Shown one piece after another: positions 1 through 9,292 of a stretch of DNA of 64,000 nt (positions are counted from its first letter, which is position 1; each line of letters starts with the position of its first letter). The DNA is from Bdellovibrionales bacterium (lineage in GTDB: Bacteria; Bdellovibrionota; Bdellovibrionia; Bdellovibrionales; JAUICD01). Under the pieces are notes generated by a model that saw only the letters and a list, made by a program, of their open reading frames with translations, searched no databases and was not told the DNA's origin. Both the position numbers and the translations under genes were made by a program. Where the stretch lies: NCBI GenBank assembly GCA_965262715.1, contig OZ253553.1:672001-736000 (forward strand). The letters run 5' to 3'.

Positions 1-1
1 A

Positions 2-118
2 GCCAAAGCTATGGGGGTTTCGCGTAATACACTTTACCAAATGGTTACAGAAGAGGGAAATCCTACTCTTGATACAATTTTTAAACTTCTTGATGCTATT
101 GAGGGAGAAGTGGTTTAA
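2..118 (+). CDS. C-terminal part of Xre/HTH addiction-module antitoxin (runs off window start)
   Basis: Frame 2 reads AKAMGVSRNTLYQMVTEEGNPTLDTIFKLLDAIEGEVV*, a typical HTH antidote pattern (G-SR--LY...GNPTL-TI). Confidence 0.75.
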   Translation, partial: AKAMGVSRNTLYQMVTEEGNPTLDTIFKLLDAIEGEVV

Positions 119-180
119 ATATATATCTGAAGATTCATGACACCTTAAAGTGTTAGTTTTTCAATTGAAAATCCTTTTGA

Positions 181-335
181 GCCAAAAGTGTAACCTATGT
201 GTCCAGAATGGGCCATGTCCCTTGGTAGGATTCTGACCTCCGGGAATCAGGCAGTCTGGCAAACTGGCAATCCGTTCCCGGTAACTGTGTACCAGATTGC
301 GGGACTGCCAGATCCCGGATAAAAAACATTTCTTA
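181..335. repeat. IS481-like terminus relic plus CCGG/CTGGCA-rich dispersed repeat
   Basis: gccaaaagtgtaacctatgtgtccagaatg recurs as a near-identical reverse complement at ~11368-11397; ggactgccagatc.cggataaaa recurs at ~3626-3648; TGTAACCTATGT is typical of IS481-type ends. Confidence 0.5.
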
Positions 336-443
336 AGCAAAATAAAAATAGAAAACTGTTACTTCTGTGTTTGTATCCTTATGATTAAGAATATTGATAA
401 GCAAAACTAAAACATGAATTTTGAAATATTATTTTTCTATAGA

Positions 444-1166
444 TTAGTTTTTAGGTTTTTCTATGATTGTTTGTTCTCTTAGGTCTAATATTAAGTTATG
501 GAGTTGTTCTTGAGAAAGCCAGGATATTTGCTCATCAGAGAGCCATCTCCACCACCGGTAGAGATCGAATCTGTCTAGTACGTTTTGCACATTTTCTTGG
601 TTAATTCCCTGAACTTGATCTCTGGTTAAGTATGTCTTATGAGGTGGGGCAAGAGCACCTCGATTCAATCGATAGTTCAACTGCTCTACGGTCAACCAAG
701 AGACTTGTATGTTGGCCAAATTCCACCAGATACTGTGGATAACTTCTGGAGGTAGCTTTTGTAGCTGCTCTCTGGTCATTCTAGTTGGTTCTAAATATCC
801 AGGTATCCAATCTAAAGCCGACTGCACTCCTCCTCTCTGAGCAACTGGTGTCCATCTCTCTTCTGCAACCATGCAGTTATAGAGTTCAGAAAATCGAGAA
901 TAATAGCCTATTTGGTCATCATCAAGAGTTTCTTGATGTCGTTCAAGGTTCGCTTTTAGTTGAATGGCCACAGAACGCAGTTCATTCGAACTTAAAACAG
1001 CAAATTCAAAGGGGAGCTGATTTTGCAAGTTAGAACATGTCGAAGTGTTTTGCGCCCAGGTGAAGTGAGGAGAGATCACCTGAAAGAGGAGAATTAAAAA
1101 AATAATGGCATTGCTGGTATATTTATTCATCCATAGCAATATAAACTTCAAAATTATTTTTTTCAA
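444..1166 (-). CDS. Hypothetical secreted protein
   Basis: 240-aa ORF with hydrophobic signal peptide ending ..TWA|Q; short L(S/T)xEQ repeats. Confidence 0.7.
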   Translation of the reverse strand: MKKIILKFILLWMNKYTSNAIIFLILLFQVISPHFTWAQNTSTCSNLQNQLPFEFAVLSSNELRSVAIQLKANLERHQETLDDDQIGYYSRFSELYNCMVAEERWTPVAQRGGVQSALDWIPGYLEPTRMTREQLQKLPPEVIHSIWWNLANIQVSWLTVEQLNYRLNRGALAPPHKTYLTRDQVQGINQENVQNVLDRFDLYRWWRWLSDEQISWLSQEQLHNLILDLREQTIIEKPKN

Positions 1167-1219
1167 GGAAAAGTCATGAAAATGTAACTTTTACATAGTA
1201 GTTAAATTGATCTATAAGC

Positions 1220-1768
1220 TTAGACTGTAAAGCTTTCTAGCCCCAATTCTTCTAAATGGCTTGATAAACGGAGAGTATCCTGTGGCTCTATCCATGCGTC
1301 TCCAATACCAATATCTATTAAAAACTTGCTGAATGTTTTACCATCAACCATTGCCTCAACATGAAATCTGGTTCCACCATAAGGGGCATTATCTAAGGAT
1401 AAAACAGGTTGAGAGATTATAAATTCAAAGTAATCTCCTAAATCTATTTGAGATTTTTCTAAAAGCAATTCTCTAAGAGCAGAGGATGTCTCTTCTTTTT
1501 TGGAATGAATCCATTTTATATCTTTCATGGCTAAATCAACATCTTTTGTTGCTCTGGATTTTTTTAATCTTAATTCTAAAGCATGACCTCCTTTTAATAC
1601 CCAGGAAATGCTATTGTCTAAAAACAATCTTGCTAAAAATTGGGCATAAGCTACTTGACGATAAAGCCTTTGAACATCCTGCCCTGTTTTTTGACTTATT
1701 TCATTCAGCTTGCTTTTTACAGCCATGCGAAAACCGGCTGCGCTTTTATATTTATCAACAGGTTTCAA
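1220..1768 (-). pseudogene. abiEii: AbiEii-type nucleotidyltransferase toxin (type IV TA), C-terminally truncated
   Basis: WVLKGG..L..R..R.TKD.D motif; only 182 aa; stops before the conserved AEK-containing C-terminal helices, which I could not find in adjacent frames. Confidence 0.75.
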
Positions 1769-2331
1769 AGAGCATACCTCGCTAATTCTGAGTTTTTCTT
1801 AAGATCGGACTTTTTAATAAGACCTTTTTCTAGGGCTTCTTTCACAGCTTGTTCCATAAGACTATCAGTCAAGGCTTCTTTTTCATGTATATCAAGTAAT
1901 GTTCTCAAAGGTGTTGTAACCGGAAGCCCTTTAAATTGTTTAATATCTTTTTTTGACAGATCTTTTTTGCATATCCTTAGAGCTTTAAAAGGTCTAGATC
2001 GCTTTTGAAATTGTTTAGGAACTGTCATTGTTACTTTACTGGGATTAACATCAGATAGTTCATAAAAACTCAAAGCTGTTTTATGAGAAAAAACAGCTGT
2101 AGGTTCACTTTTCCGATTGCAACTCCACAACAGCAATTTCCAATAAGAAGTCATTTCATCCATTGGAATATGAGACATCCGATAAATTCCCCAACCCTCC
2201 TTAATCCAGTGTCCTGTTTTAATATGATAATGATGATTACTCCTTGCATATCCAGAGGATTCAGCCTGCTTGGCTGTAAAAAGCCCTCCTTGTAGAAAAG
2301 CTATTTGATGCAGTTTTTTGTATGCTTTCAT
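1765..2331 (-). CDS. abiEi: AbiEi-type antitoxin / transcriptional regulator (type IV TA)
   Basis: Q.G.FTAKQA wHTH start, GIYR, SH.TAL, GLPVTTPLRTLLD motifs; 4-bp overlap with the toxin gene. Confidence 0.9.
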   Translation of the reverse strand: MKAYKKLHQIAFLQGGLFTAKQAESSGYARSNHHYHIKTGHWIKEGWGIYRMSHIPMDEMTSYWKLLLWSCNRKSEPTAVFSHKTALSFYELSDVNPSKVTMTVPKQFQKRSRPFKALRICKKDLSKKDIKQFKGLPVTTPLRTLLDIHEKEALTDSLMEQAVKEALEKGLIKKSDLKKNSELARYAL

Positions 2332-2335
2332 GTCA

Positions 2336-2412
2336 AAATACCTTAATTTTTAATGTAATTATACATTATATTATATACATATCGTCAAAATACCTTAAAA
2401 ATTAAGGTATTT
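2336..2412. promoter_or_regulatory. Two tandem 25-bp inverted-repeat operators upstream of abiEi
   Basis: AAATACCTTAA-aaa-TTAAGGTATTT (2388-2412, perfect) and AAATACCTTAA-ttt-TTAATGTAATT (2336-2360, 2 mismatches); AbiEi autorepression through two inverted repeats is known. Confidence 0.75.
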
Positions 2413-2444
2413 CTACAAAAAAGAGCATTATTTTTGAGATGGTT

Positions 2445-3410
2445 TTAGTGCCTTTGAGAAGTACTTGTGTCCATGATCTTATCCAAAATAGCAAAGCGAT
2501 GGGGGTATACTTCTGCCGGTGATGTTTCTCTAATTGGATTATCATCATTAAGTGTATTTTGTGTTTGTAGGTAAATGGCTACTGCTTCAGCAAAATCTTG
2601 ATGAAAGAGATGATCATTGTATTCAGAAATATCTACACTTATATTAAGAATGGGTGAATTATCTGTTAAAACTGCTGTTTTCCAGTCTTGATCAGGGTAA
2701 GGTGATCCATAATAAATGTATGCAATAAGATGACCTAGTTCATGTTGCATTGCACTTTTGGCTCCTTCACGATAAGTCGGTATGTCGTTTGTATCTTCAG
2801 GATAGTGGAAGTAGATTTGAATTGCAAAGTAGACTTTATCTTCACCTTCAATCTTTGGTAGCAATTGAGGGAAATCTTGTTGGAGCTTTTGAAGTTTGTT
2901 TTTATGGTCAGGTGTATTTTGATAAACTATATGTTTAAATTCACCATGCTTAAATGTGAAGTGAGGCGCATTTCTTATAATTAGGAAATGCATTTGACTT
3001 AACCATATGGCTGGCATTTCAGCTAAAATGACCTTTATCTCTTGAAGCATTTCTAAAGAAGAGTAATTCTCACTTTCTTCAATCCCAAGCACTAAATGAT
3101 GTGTTCCATTTGCAAGGAAAGAGAGATCATAAATGTGATAAACAGGGCCTCCATGCTGTGGTCTTATAAAAGCTAATACAAAATTTCTAAGATTATGACT
3201 GTTATCTGTGGATATAGTGTATAAGTATCTTGTCTCTATATTTGATATACCAACATTTTGGAGCGGTTCTTGTTGAAGAGAGCTGTTTGAATTTAAGTTC
3301 CTTGTCTCTTGGGCAAAGGTAAGAGAAGTGAGAGTTATGATGGTGAGGGATAGCAAAGTTTTGGATAGTAGGTTGTAATGCATGGAGGAAGGAGTAAAAT
3401 TAAAATTCAT
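2445..3410 (-). CDS. Secreted zincin-like metallopeptidase
   Basis: Signal peptide (..TFA|Q), HELGH motif and downstream QDFAE third-ligand motif. Confidence 0.65.
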   Translation of the reverse strand: MNFNFTPSSMHYNLLSKTLLSLTIITLTSLTFAQETRNLNSNSSLQQEPLQNVGISNIETRYLYTISTDNSHNLRNFVLAFIRPQHGGPVYHIYDLSFLANGTHHLVLGIEESENYSSLEMLQEIKVILAEMPAIWLSQMHFLIIRNAPHFTFKHGEFKHIVYQNTPDHKNKLQKLQQDFPQLLPKIEGEDKVYFAIQIYFHYPEDTNDIPTYREGAKSAMQHELGHLIAYIYYGSPYPDQDWKTAVLTDNSPILNISVDISEYNDHLFHQDFAEAVAIYLQTQNTLNDDNPIRETSPAEVYPHRFAILDKIMDTSTSQRH

Positions 3411-3796
3411 TATATTTTTCCTTATAAATAAAAAGATAACTTAAGTTTTTTTTGTATACAATTCATCATATACACTTATAAAACATGAAATGAATGTTTG
3501 TATTATTATAAAACAGGTAAAGCACTTTGTTACAGCCTATACTAGTTTATTATGAATAAAAGAAACTTGAAGGAAATAAATAATATGTATGTACATACAT
3601 ATTGACATATAGGTTACAGTTTTTCGGACTGCCAGATCTCGGATAAAACAATTCTTTTTAATTAAAATAAAAAGTGTTAAGTCCTTGTACTTTTTTGTTA
3701 CCTATGTCCCTTGTAGTACATCATGGAAAGAGGTTTTCCTATTAATAAAGATATTCTAAGTTTTCCAAGGTCCGGTAAATAGTTACTTTTGCTATA

Positions 3797-4231
3797 TCAA
3801 TTTTTAGGCAGGACATCCCATTGAGTAATGCACTCACTAAGGTTTATGTTTGGAGCAGCTTCCATGATTGTTCCATGCCGACCCGAATTATACCTCTGAT
3901 AGGCTGTCAAGCGTTCTTCTGTATCAATTACGAGCGAGCGGAGTATTGCAAGTTGTTCAAATCTTGTTGGATAACTAGAAAACTCATATAAACATACAGC
4001 AAAACGTCCAAATGCCAGGGATACTTTCTCATCATCATCGTTAGAGAGAGTCTGTGATGCAAGCATTGCTTGTTGATAAATGTAAGCACCGTTTTTCAAG
4101 ATGACTCGAATGTTCGTATCACTATACAATTCATCAATGGCATCTTCAACAACTTCGCTTTGATGTTGTGCAAATACAACCGAGTGACAGATAAAAACCA
4201 TAAATATCCATTTAAAAATTCTCATCTTCAA
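3797..4231 (-). CDS. Hypothetical secreted protein
   Basis: 144-aa ORF, signal peptide ..VVFA|Q, two further Cys in the mature region. Confidence 0.65.
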   Translation of the reverse strand: MKMRIFKWIFMVFICHSVVFAQHQSEVVEDAIDELYSDTNIRVILKNGAYIYQQAMLASQTLSNDDDEKVSLAFGRFAVCLYEFSSYPTRFEQLAILRSLVIDTEERLTAYQRYNSGRHGTIMEAAPNINLSECITQWDVLPKN

Positions 4232-4823
4232 TAAAATCTCTTTTCGTTCATTTTAATTTCCAGTTATTTTATTTATAGGAAAAACGCCTGAGGTCAATAG
4301 TAATGGCACTGATTGCACTCATAAGTTTTAGATACCATTCCTTTACTGTATAATTTTTATGTAAGTGGTGCCCGCGGTGCTAAGCTACTCGAACACTCCC
4401 CCAGACTTCTGGATCATTCTCAAGACTTGTTTGGATGCCCCAAGACTGTTTCGAGGGTGTACTCAATAGCATAGCGATGACCTGATTTTACGGGAATTGG
4501 CACGACTTCGTTGTGTTCAGAAATGGTCGGCGGTGAGATTGGCGGCTCACTTTAGGCGACGGCTGGATACGATGTGGGGGTACCTTTGCCGGTGGGGCAT
4601 ATGGGGAGTTGAGGGTAAGTGTATAAGTGTAAATGTATTAGCTGTCATCAAAATGAATATTGAAAAGGTTTTTAGAGGTATTTAAATAAATAATTACCCT
4701 ACCTATTATCTGAGCAGTCAGGAGAAGCGAAGCTCTTATCTAGGCTCAACCTTTATAAGCATTACTTTAGAGGCACTTCTTAGTCCTCGTAAGCTATTGA
4801 TACTATAGGATTTAAAATATCCC

Positions 4824-4874
4824 TTGATAAGTTCCTTTATTGGGAACTATAATAAGTTTATATTTTGGGAACTT
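4824..4874 (+). promoter_or_regulatory. sigma70 promoter with overlapping palindromic operator of higB operon
   Basis: TTGATA(4824)-18 bp-TATAAT(4848); AGTTCC-N7-GGAACT palindrome in the spacer and a second TTGGGAACT half-site downstream. Confidence 0.65.
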
Positions 4875-4929
4875 TTGCCGATAGAGAGTTAGGAAATGAA
4901 AGTTGGAAGACAGCATAGAGCCAACGGGG

Positions 4930-5220
4930 ATGACCGTTATTAACAAAGAGCTCCTCAAAGAGTTTAAGCAAAAGCATGCGGATGCCATCGGTTGGATCGA
5001 TAAGTGGGTTGCCTTTGCTGAAAGTACTGTTTGGAGAACCCCACAAGACATCAAGGATGTCTACTCTAGTGCAAGCTTCTTAAGACACAACACTGTGATT
5101 TTTAATGTGAAAGGAAACAACTACAGACTGGAGGTCAAGGTTGCGTACAACACAGCAATTGTTAAAGCTATATGGGCAGGGACGCAACCAGAATACGATA
5201 AAAGAAATAAAACAAGGTAG
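4930..5220 (+). CDS. higB: HigB-family toxin (RelE superfamily)
   Basis: W..PQDIK..YSSAS...VIFNVKGNNYRL...GT..EYDK; likely start MTVIN at 4930. Confidence 0.9.
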   Translation: MTVINKELLKEFKQKHADAIGWIDKWVAFAESTVWRTPQDIKDVYSSASFLRHNTVIFNVKGNNYRLEVKVAYNTAIVKAIWAGTQPEYDKRNKTR

Positions 5221-5232
5221 AGGAGAAGTACT

Positions 5233-6438
5233 ATGATGACTCTAATTAAAAACAGAGACGACTATACAAGATATCTAGAAGAAGTCGAATTTCTTATGGA
5301 TAGCGATCCTGCTCCCACTTCTCCTGAGGGTGAACGCCTCTCCTTGCTTGCACTTGTAGTTAAAGATTATGAGAAGCAGCGTTTTCTTTTCAAGAAACCA
5401 TCCGCAATAGAAGCAATCAAATTTGTCATGGACGAAAAGGATTTGAAACAGATGGACCTTGTCCCCTATATTGGCAGCAAGAGTAAAGTTTCTGAGGTGC
5501 TGTCTGGAAAGAAAAAACTTACGGTATCTATGATTCGTGCTCTCAATAAGCACCTAAATATTCCAGCGGAATTTTTGATCCAAGAGGAAGAGTCTAATAA
5601 AACACGCATTTCTTTAGAAAATTTCAATGTTGAAATTTTTCCGCTTAGGAAAGTCTGTAAAGCTGGCTGGATTAAAGCCACAACGGAGGAAATTAAGAAC
5701 AAGTCAGAGAGGTTGATTCAGAAATTTCTGGAGCCTCTTGGAGAGCTTACGTCCCAAACCCCTCTATTTAGACGTAGCTTTCACACCAGAGTCTCGACTC
5801 AACAAATTACAGGGGAACTTTCCGCTTGGACAGCAAAGCTTCTCATTGAAGCAAAAGAAAAGGAGATTGCTAGCTACTCAAGAGAAAAAATATCCAAAAG
5901 TTTCTTAAAAGATGTAGCTAAGTTGAGTGTTTTTGATACAGGGCCTCTGCTTACGGTTGAATATTTAGCACGTCATGGAATTAAGCTAGTCATTTTACCT
6001 CCCCTAGAGAATATGGGCATTGATGGTGCTTGCTTGCTTGATGAAGAAGGGGTGCCAGTCATTGGGCTTACATTACGCTATGACAGATTAGACAACTTCT
6101 GGTTTACACTTCTGCATGAGTTAGCACATGTCTACAAACACCTCCATGAGTCGACAAGAGTTTATGTGGATGATACGGAGTCTTTTCAATCAGAAGATAT
6201 AGTAGAAAAGGAAGCTGACCGACTAGCTAGAGAATCTTTCATCCCTAGGAATATTTGGAAGAGAAGCGAAGCGTTCACTCTTCAAACAAAAGAAGCTGTT
6301 ATAGATTTTGCTAATTCTCTTAATATCCATCCTGCTATAGTTGCTGGCCGTATTAGATATGAGACTAGTGAATTTTCAATTTTAACGAATTTACTGAGGC
6401 AGGGAACACTTCGAAAGATGTTTGGAGTTGAGAAATGA
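5233..6438 (+). CDS. HigA-like Xre HTH antitoxin fused to ImmA/IrrE (M78) zinc metallopeptidase
   Basis: N-terminal HigA region (LKQ.DL.PYIGSKSKVSEVLSGK..LT..MIRAL); C-terminal IGLTLRYDRLDNFWFTLLHELAH...E.EAD. Confidence 0.92.
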   Translation: MMTLIKNRDDYTRYLEEVEFLMDSDPAPTSPEGERLSLLALVVKDYEKQRFLFKKPSAIEAIKFVMDEKDLKQMDLVPYIGSKSKVSEVLSGKKKLTVSMIRALNKHLNIPAEFLIQEEESNKTRISLENFNVEIFPLRKVCKAGWIKATTEEIKNKSERLIQKFLEPLGELTSQTPLFRRSFHTRVSTQQITGELSAWTAKLLIEAKEKEIASYSREKISKSFLKDVAKLSVFDTGPLLTVEYLARHGIKLVILPPLENMGIDGACLLDEEGVPVIGLTLRYDRLDNFWFTLLHELAHVYKHLHESTRVYVDDTESFQSEDIVEKEADRLARESFIPRNIWKRSEAFTLQTKEAVIDFANSLNIHPAIVAGRIRYETSEFSILTNLLRQGTLRKMFGVEK

Positions 6439-7544
6439 AGACACTAGGACCATACATACCAATACTAAGGACAAAAACAGGAGAGTTGCAGGCTCTGAAA
6501 GAGCTTGCAAAAACTACCATTGGCAAAATAAATCCTTTTTTTGATTTTCATAGACCTTCACTTGCAAAACGGAAAAAGAAAGAACCATTCAACAAGCATA
6601 TTGAAGACACTTGCCGGAAACTAATTAGGCACTGGCCAGTTGAGCAACTGCTATTTTTTGATCTCTATTTTATTGATCTTAAGGAAAGGATGAATGACTC
6701 TATCCATCCATTAACTTGGGTTTGCCAATTTCTCAGAAAAAATGGTTATAATTTCATTCCTACTATAGGTACTGAAAGAGACAAAGACTATGCTTGCTCA
6801 CTCAGGAATGAAGTTCAAGAAGGATTAGAAAATGGAGTTTGTATTAGACTCCTTAATGATGACTTAGAGACTCCTGGAGAAACATTCCAAGAAGTCCAAA
6901 AAACTCTTAACTATTTAAGAATAAGCGATGCGGAGTGCCATTTATTAGTTGATTTTAAATACATTGAAACTTCAGGCATAGAGTTGGCCATTAAATCACT
7001 TATAAAACTTAGAAATTATATTGATTTTTCCAACTGGAAGTCATTAATTATTTCAGGATCAGGGTTTCCCAAGGATATGTCTGGAGTTCCCTCTGATACA
7101 ACGGTAAAAATTCCCAGAACTGAATTGGAGCTATGGAAATTAGCTGTGCAACTGAAGCATCTTCTTGGAGCAAGGCCACTGTACTCTGATTACTGTATTG
7201 TTCATCCAGAGATTCCAGATGTTGACCCGGTGATAATGAGAGCCGTTGGTAAAATTAGATATACAACAGAGAGAAACTGGGTCGTGTTTCGAGGGCACAG
7301 TTTTCAAAAAAACGATGGTTACAAACAATATTTTAAGTTAGCAAAAAAAGTAGTGGATCATGAGTGCTACCTCGGGAGCGAAGCAGGATGGGGTGACAAT
7401 CAGTATAGGGAATGTTCCAAAGGCAATAAATACGACCTGTGGGAACTTAACAACCTGGATTACAGTCGATATAAATCATCACCTTACAATAGTGACCGAA
7501 CAAATCTCCAGTCTTGTCGATTTCTAAGGCAGTTGTTTACATAA
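6435..7544 (+). CDS. Beta-family protein (phage P4 beta / sce7725-like); conserved C-terminus is in the +1 frame after ~7430 (true end 7527)
   Basis: YIPILRTK.GE..AL, SGFP, YSDY, KIRYT, WGD motifs; the +1 frame gives GNLTTWITVDINHHL. Confidence 0.8.
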   Translation: MKTLGPYIPILRTKTGELQALKELAKTTIGKINPFFDFHRPSLAKRKKKEPFNKHIEDTCRKLIRHWPVEQLLFFDLYFIDLKERMNDSIHPLTWVCQFLRKNGYNFIPTIGTERDKDYACSLRNEVQEGLENGVCIRLLNDDLETPGETFQEVQKTLNYLRISDAECHLLVDFKYIETSGIELAIKSLIKLRNYIDFSNWKSLIISGSGFPKDMSGVPSDTTVKIPRTELELWKLAVQLKHLLGARPLYSDYCIVHPEIPDVDPVIMRAVGKIRYTTERNWVVFRGHSFQKNDGYKQYFKLAKKVVDHECYLGSEAGWGDNQYRECSKGNKYDLWELNNLDYSRYKSSPYNSDRTNLQSCRFLRQLFT

Positions 7545-8071
7545 TCATAAAACTCAGAATCCTCAGATAATTCGACTATTCTACTCCAAATTGCACTCCT
7601 GTTCTTTGAATTGAAGCCTTTTGAAGAGTAAAAGGAATCGAGAAATTTTAAAGACTCACATTTCCAAAGTAATTGAACGACCGCAGTCTTTTCCTTTAAT
7701 TTATTTTTGCTAGGCTGTCTTAATTGACTACAAGATATCTCAGACTCAGTTTGAGTCACGGATAAGATTCCCCAATGTTTTGGAATCATATTACTAACGG
7801 CTTTGAGATGATTGCTTGTGCAAGCAATTTCGATATAATCAAAGACCTTGTTATAAACTTGAATTTGATTCGAAAGTCTTCTCAGATTGTCAGTTTCCCC
7901 CTTAATCTCAATTCCCCAAGTTGATCCATTTATAATAGCAATGTCTATCCGGGCCGCTCCCTGACATAAGTCGAGCTCTTCAATCACCCTGTATTCAGAT
8001 GAAAAATTTCTTGTGGAAATTTGACTTGAAATTAAAACTTTTCTAATCGCTAAATCATCAATTTGGCTCAA
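7484..8071 (-). CDS. sce7726-family PD-(D/E)XK nuclease-like protein
   Basis: EELDL..G.ARIDIA.ING...GIEIKGETDNL.RL..Q...Y.KVFD...P.HWG, LLWK.E, R.DWR; convergent with and overlapping the beta gene. Confidence 0.85.
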   Translation of the reverse strand: MSQIDDLAIRKVLISSQISTRNFSSEYRVIEELDLCQGAARIDIAIINGSTWGIEIKGETDNLRRLSNQIQVYNKVFDYIEIACTSNHLKAVSNMIPKHWGILSVTQTESEISCSQLRQPSKNKLKEKTAVVQLLWKCESLKFLDSFYSSKGFNSKNRSAIWSRIVELSEDSEFYDYVNNCLRNRQDWRFVRSLL

Positions 8072-8170
8072 TGCTAAGCTCCTTTGGCTGGGTATGCTTT
8101 AACTATAAGGTATAGAAGAGTCCAGTCAATTTACTGTATAATCTTTGGAAGTATATAATTTTTACGTAAG

Positions 8171-8259
8171 TGGTGCGTCAGAGTGGACTCGAACCACCAC
8201 GGAAAATAAATTCCACCAGGCCCTCAACCTAGCCTGTCTACCAATTTCAGCACTGACGC
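8171..8259 (-). tRNA. tRNA-Leu(GAG)
   Basis: Cloverleaf with long variable arm, anticodon arm CTAGG-TTGAGGG-CCTGG, GGTTCGAGTCC, encoded CCA. Confidence 0.95.
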
Positions 8260-8593
8260 ACGCTTTATATAACCTTCACATTCTTCTTATAAAAACCCTT
8301 TAATAAGTCTACATTGAGAAATCATGAAAAATAAGCACTGTTTATTGTAAAAACTTCATGGTTCGCTTCTTTAAAGTGTATTTAATTTGTCTAATCTTGG
8401 AACAGAAATTGCTTAAGTAATATAACTACATGGAGCAATGATCTTATGTTAGTGAATTTAAGTTATTAAGGTATTGGATGCTTTTCCCCCTCGATGACAT
8501 CCGGTATCTTTTGTTTTACTCCTTGTCCCCTTTCCATATCTGTGCTTAATATGAGCATGTGTGGGAAGGGGTTTTTTTTACCATTTTATAAAT

Positions 8594-8680
8594 GCCTCTG
8601 TGGCGGAATTGGTAGACGCGGTGGACTCAAAATCCATTGGTGGCAACACCATGGGAGTTCGACTCTCTCCAGAGGCACCA
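8594..8680 (+). tRNA. tRNA-Leu(CAA)
   Basis: GCCTCTG...GTGGA-CTCAAAA-TCCAT...GTTCGACTC...CAGAGGCACCA. Confidence 0.95.
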
Positions 8681-8711
8681 AAAAAAGATAAAATCTTCTT
8701 ATTATAAATGT

Positions 8712-9272
8712 TCATATCTTTTCTGCATCAATTGTTTTTTCTAAAACATCTTTTTCTGTTTTTAAAGTCAGAGAATTTAAGTTGTTAAAGATAGTTGTGT
8801 CTTCTTTCAGAGAACTGGCAGCTAGTATTTTAGCAGCAAGTAAGCCCGCATTGTAGGCATTGCCTATACCTACAGTGGCTACAGGCACTCCTTTTGGCAT
8901 TTGAACAATAGATAGTAGGGCGTCTGCGCCTTTTAGCTCTCCCACAGGAACAGGTACGCCAATGACAGGCAGCTCAGTTAGAGATGCGACCATGCCGGGA
9001 AGGTGAGCGGCCTTTCCTGCACCAGCGATAATAACTTGAAAACCTTTTGCGCGAGCTGTGCTTGCAAATTCATACATCCACTTTGGGGTCCTATGGGCTG
9101 AGACTATATGAAATTCAAATTGGCATTTGAGCTTTTTAAGTGCTACTGCAGCTTCTTTCATTACAGGAAAGTCAGAGCTGCTACCCATAATAATAGCTAT
9201 TTTTCCAGAGGTTTTTTGTATGTCCTTTTTTATTTTTTCTTTTATCTTTTTTTTTACTTTACTCACATTCAT
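8712..9272 (-). CDS. purE: N5-carboxyaminoimidazole ribonucleotide mutase
   Basis: [39 protein letters not shown]. Confidence 0.97.
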   Translation of the reverse strand: MNVSKVKKKIKEKIKKDIQKTSGKIAIIMGSSSDFPVMKEAAVALKKLKCQFEFHIVSAHRTPKWMYEFASTARAKGFQVIIAGAGKAAHLPGMVASLTELPVIGVPVPVGELKGADALLSIVQMPKGVPVATVGIGNAYNAGLLAAKILAASSLKEDTTIFNNLNSLTLKTEKDVLEKTIDAEKI

Positions 9273-9292
9273 ACCTTTTTTGTTTCTTTAAA

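Larger units (their letters stand above)
4349..8176. mobile_element. Genomic islet integrated at tRNA-Leu(GAG) 3' end, no integrase present
   Basis: 23-bp direct repeats TATAATTTTTA(T/C)GTAAGTGGTGC at 4349-4371 and 8154-8176; the second overlaps the tRNA 3' end; visibly GC-richer DNA at 4370-4620. Confidence 0.75.

Noticed and set aside
8494..8691. 65-aa ORF
   Set aside because: Overlaps tRNA-Leu(CAA); spurious
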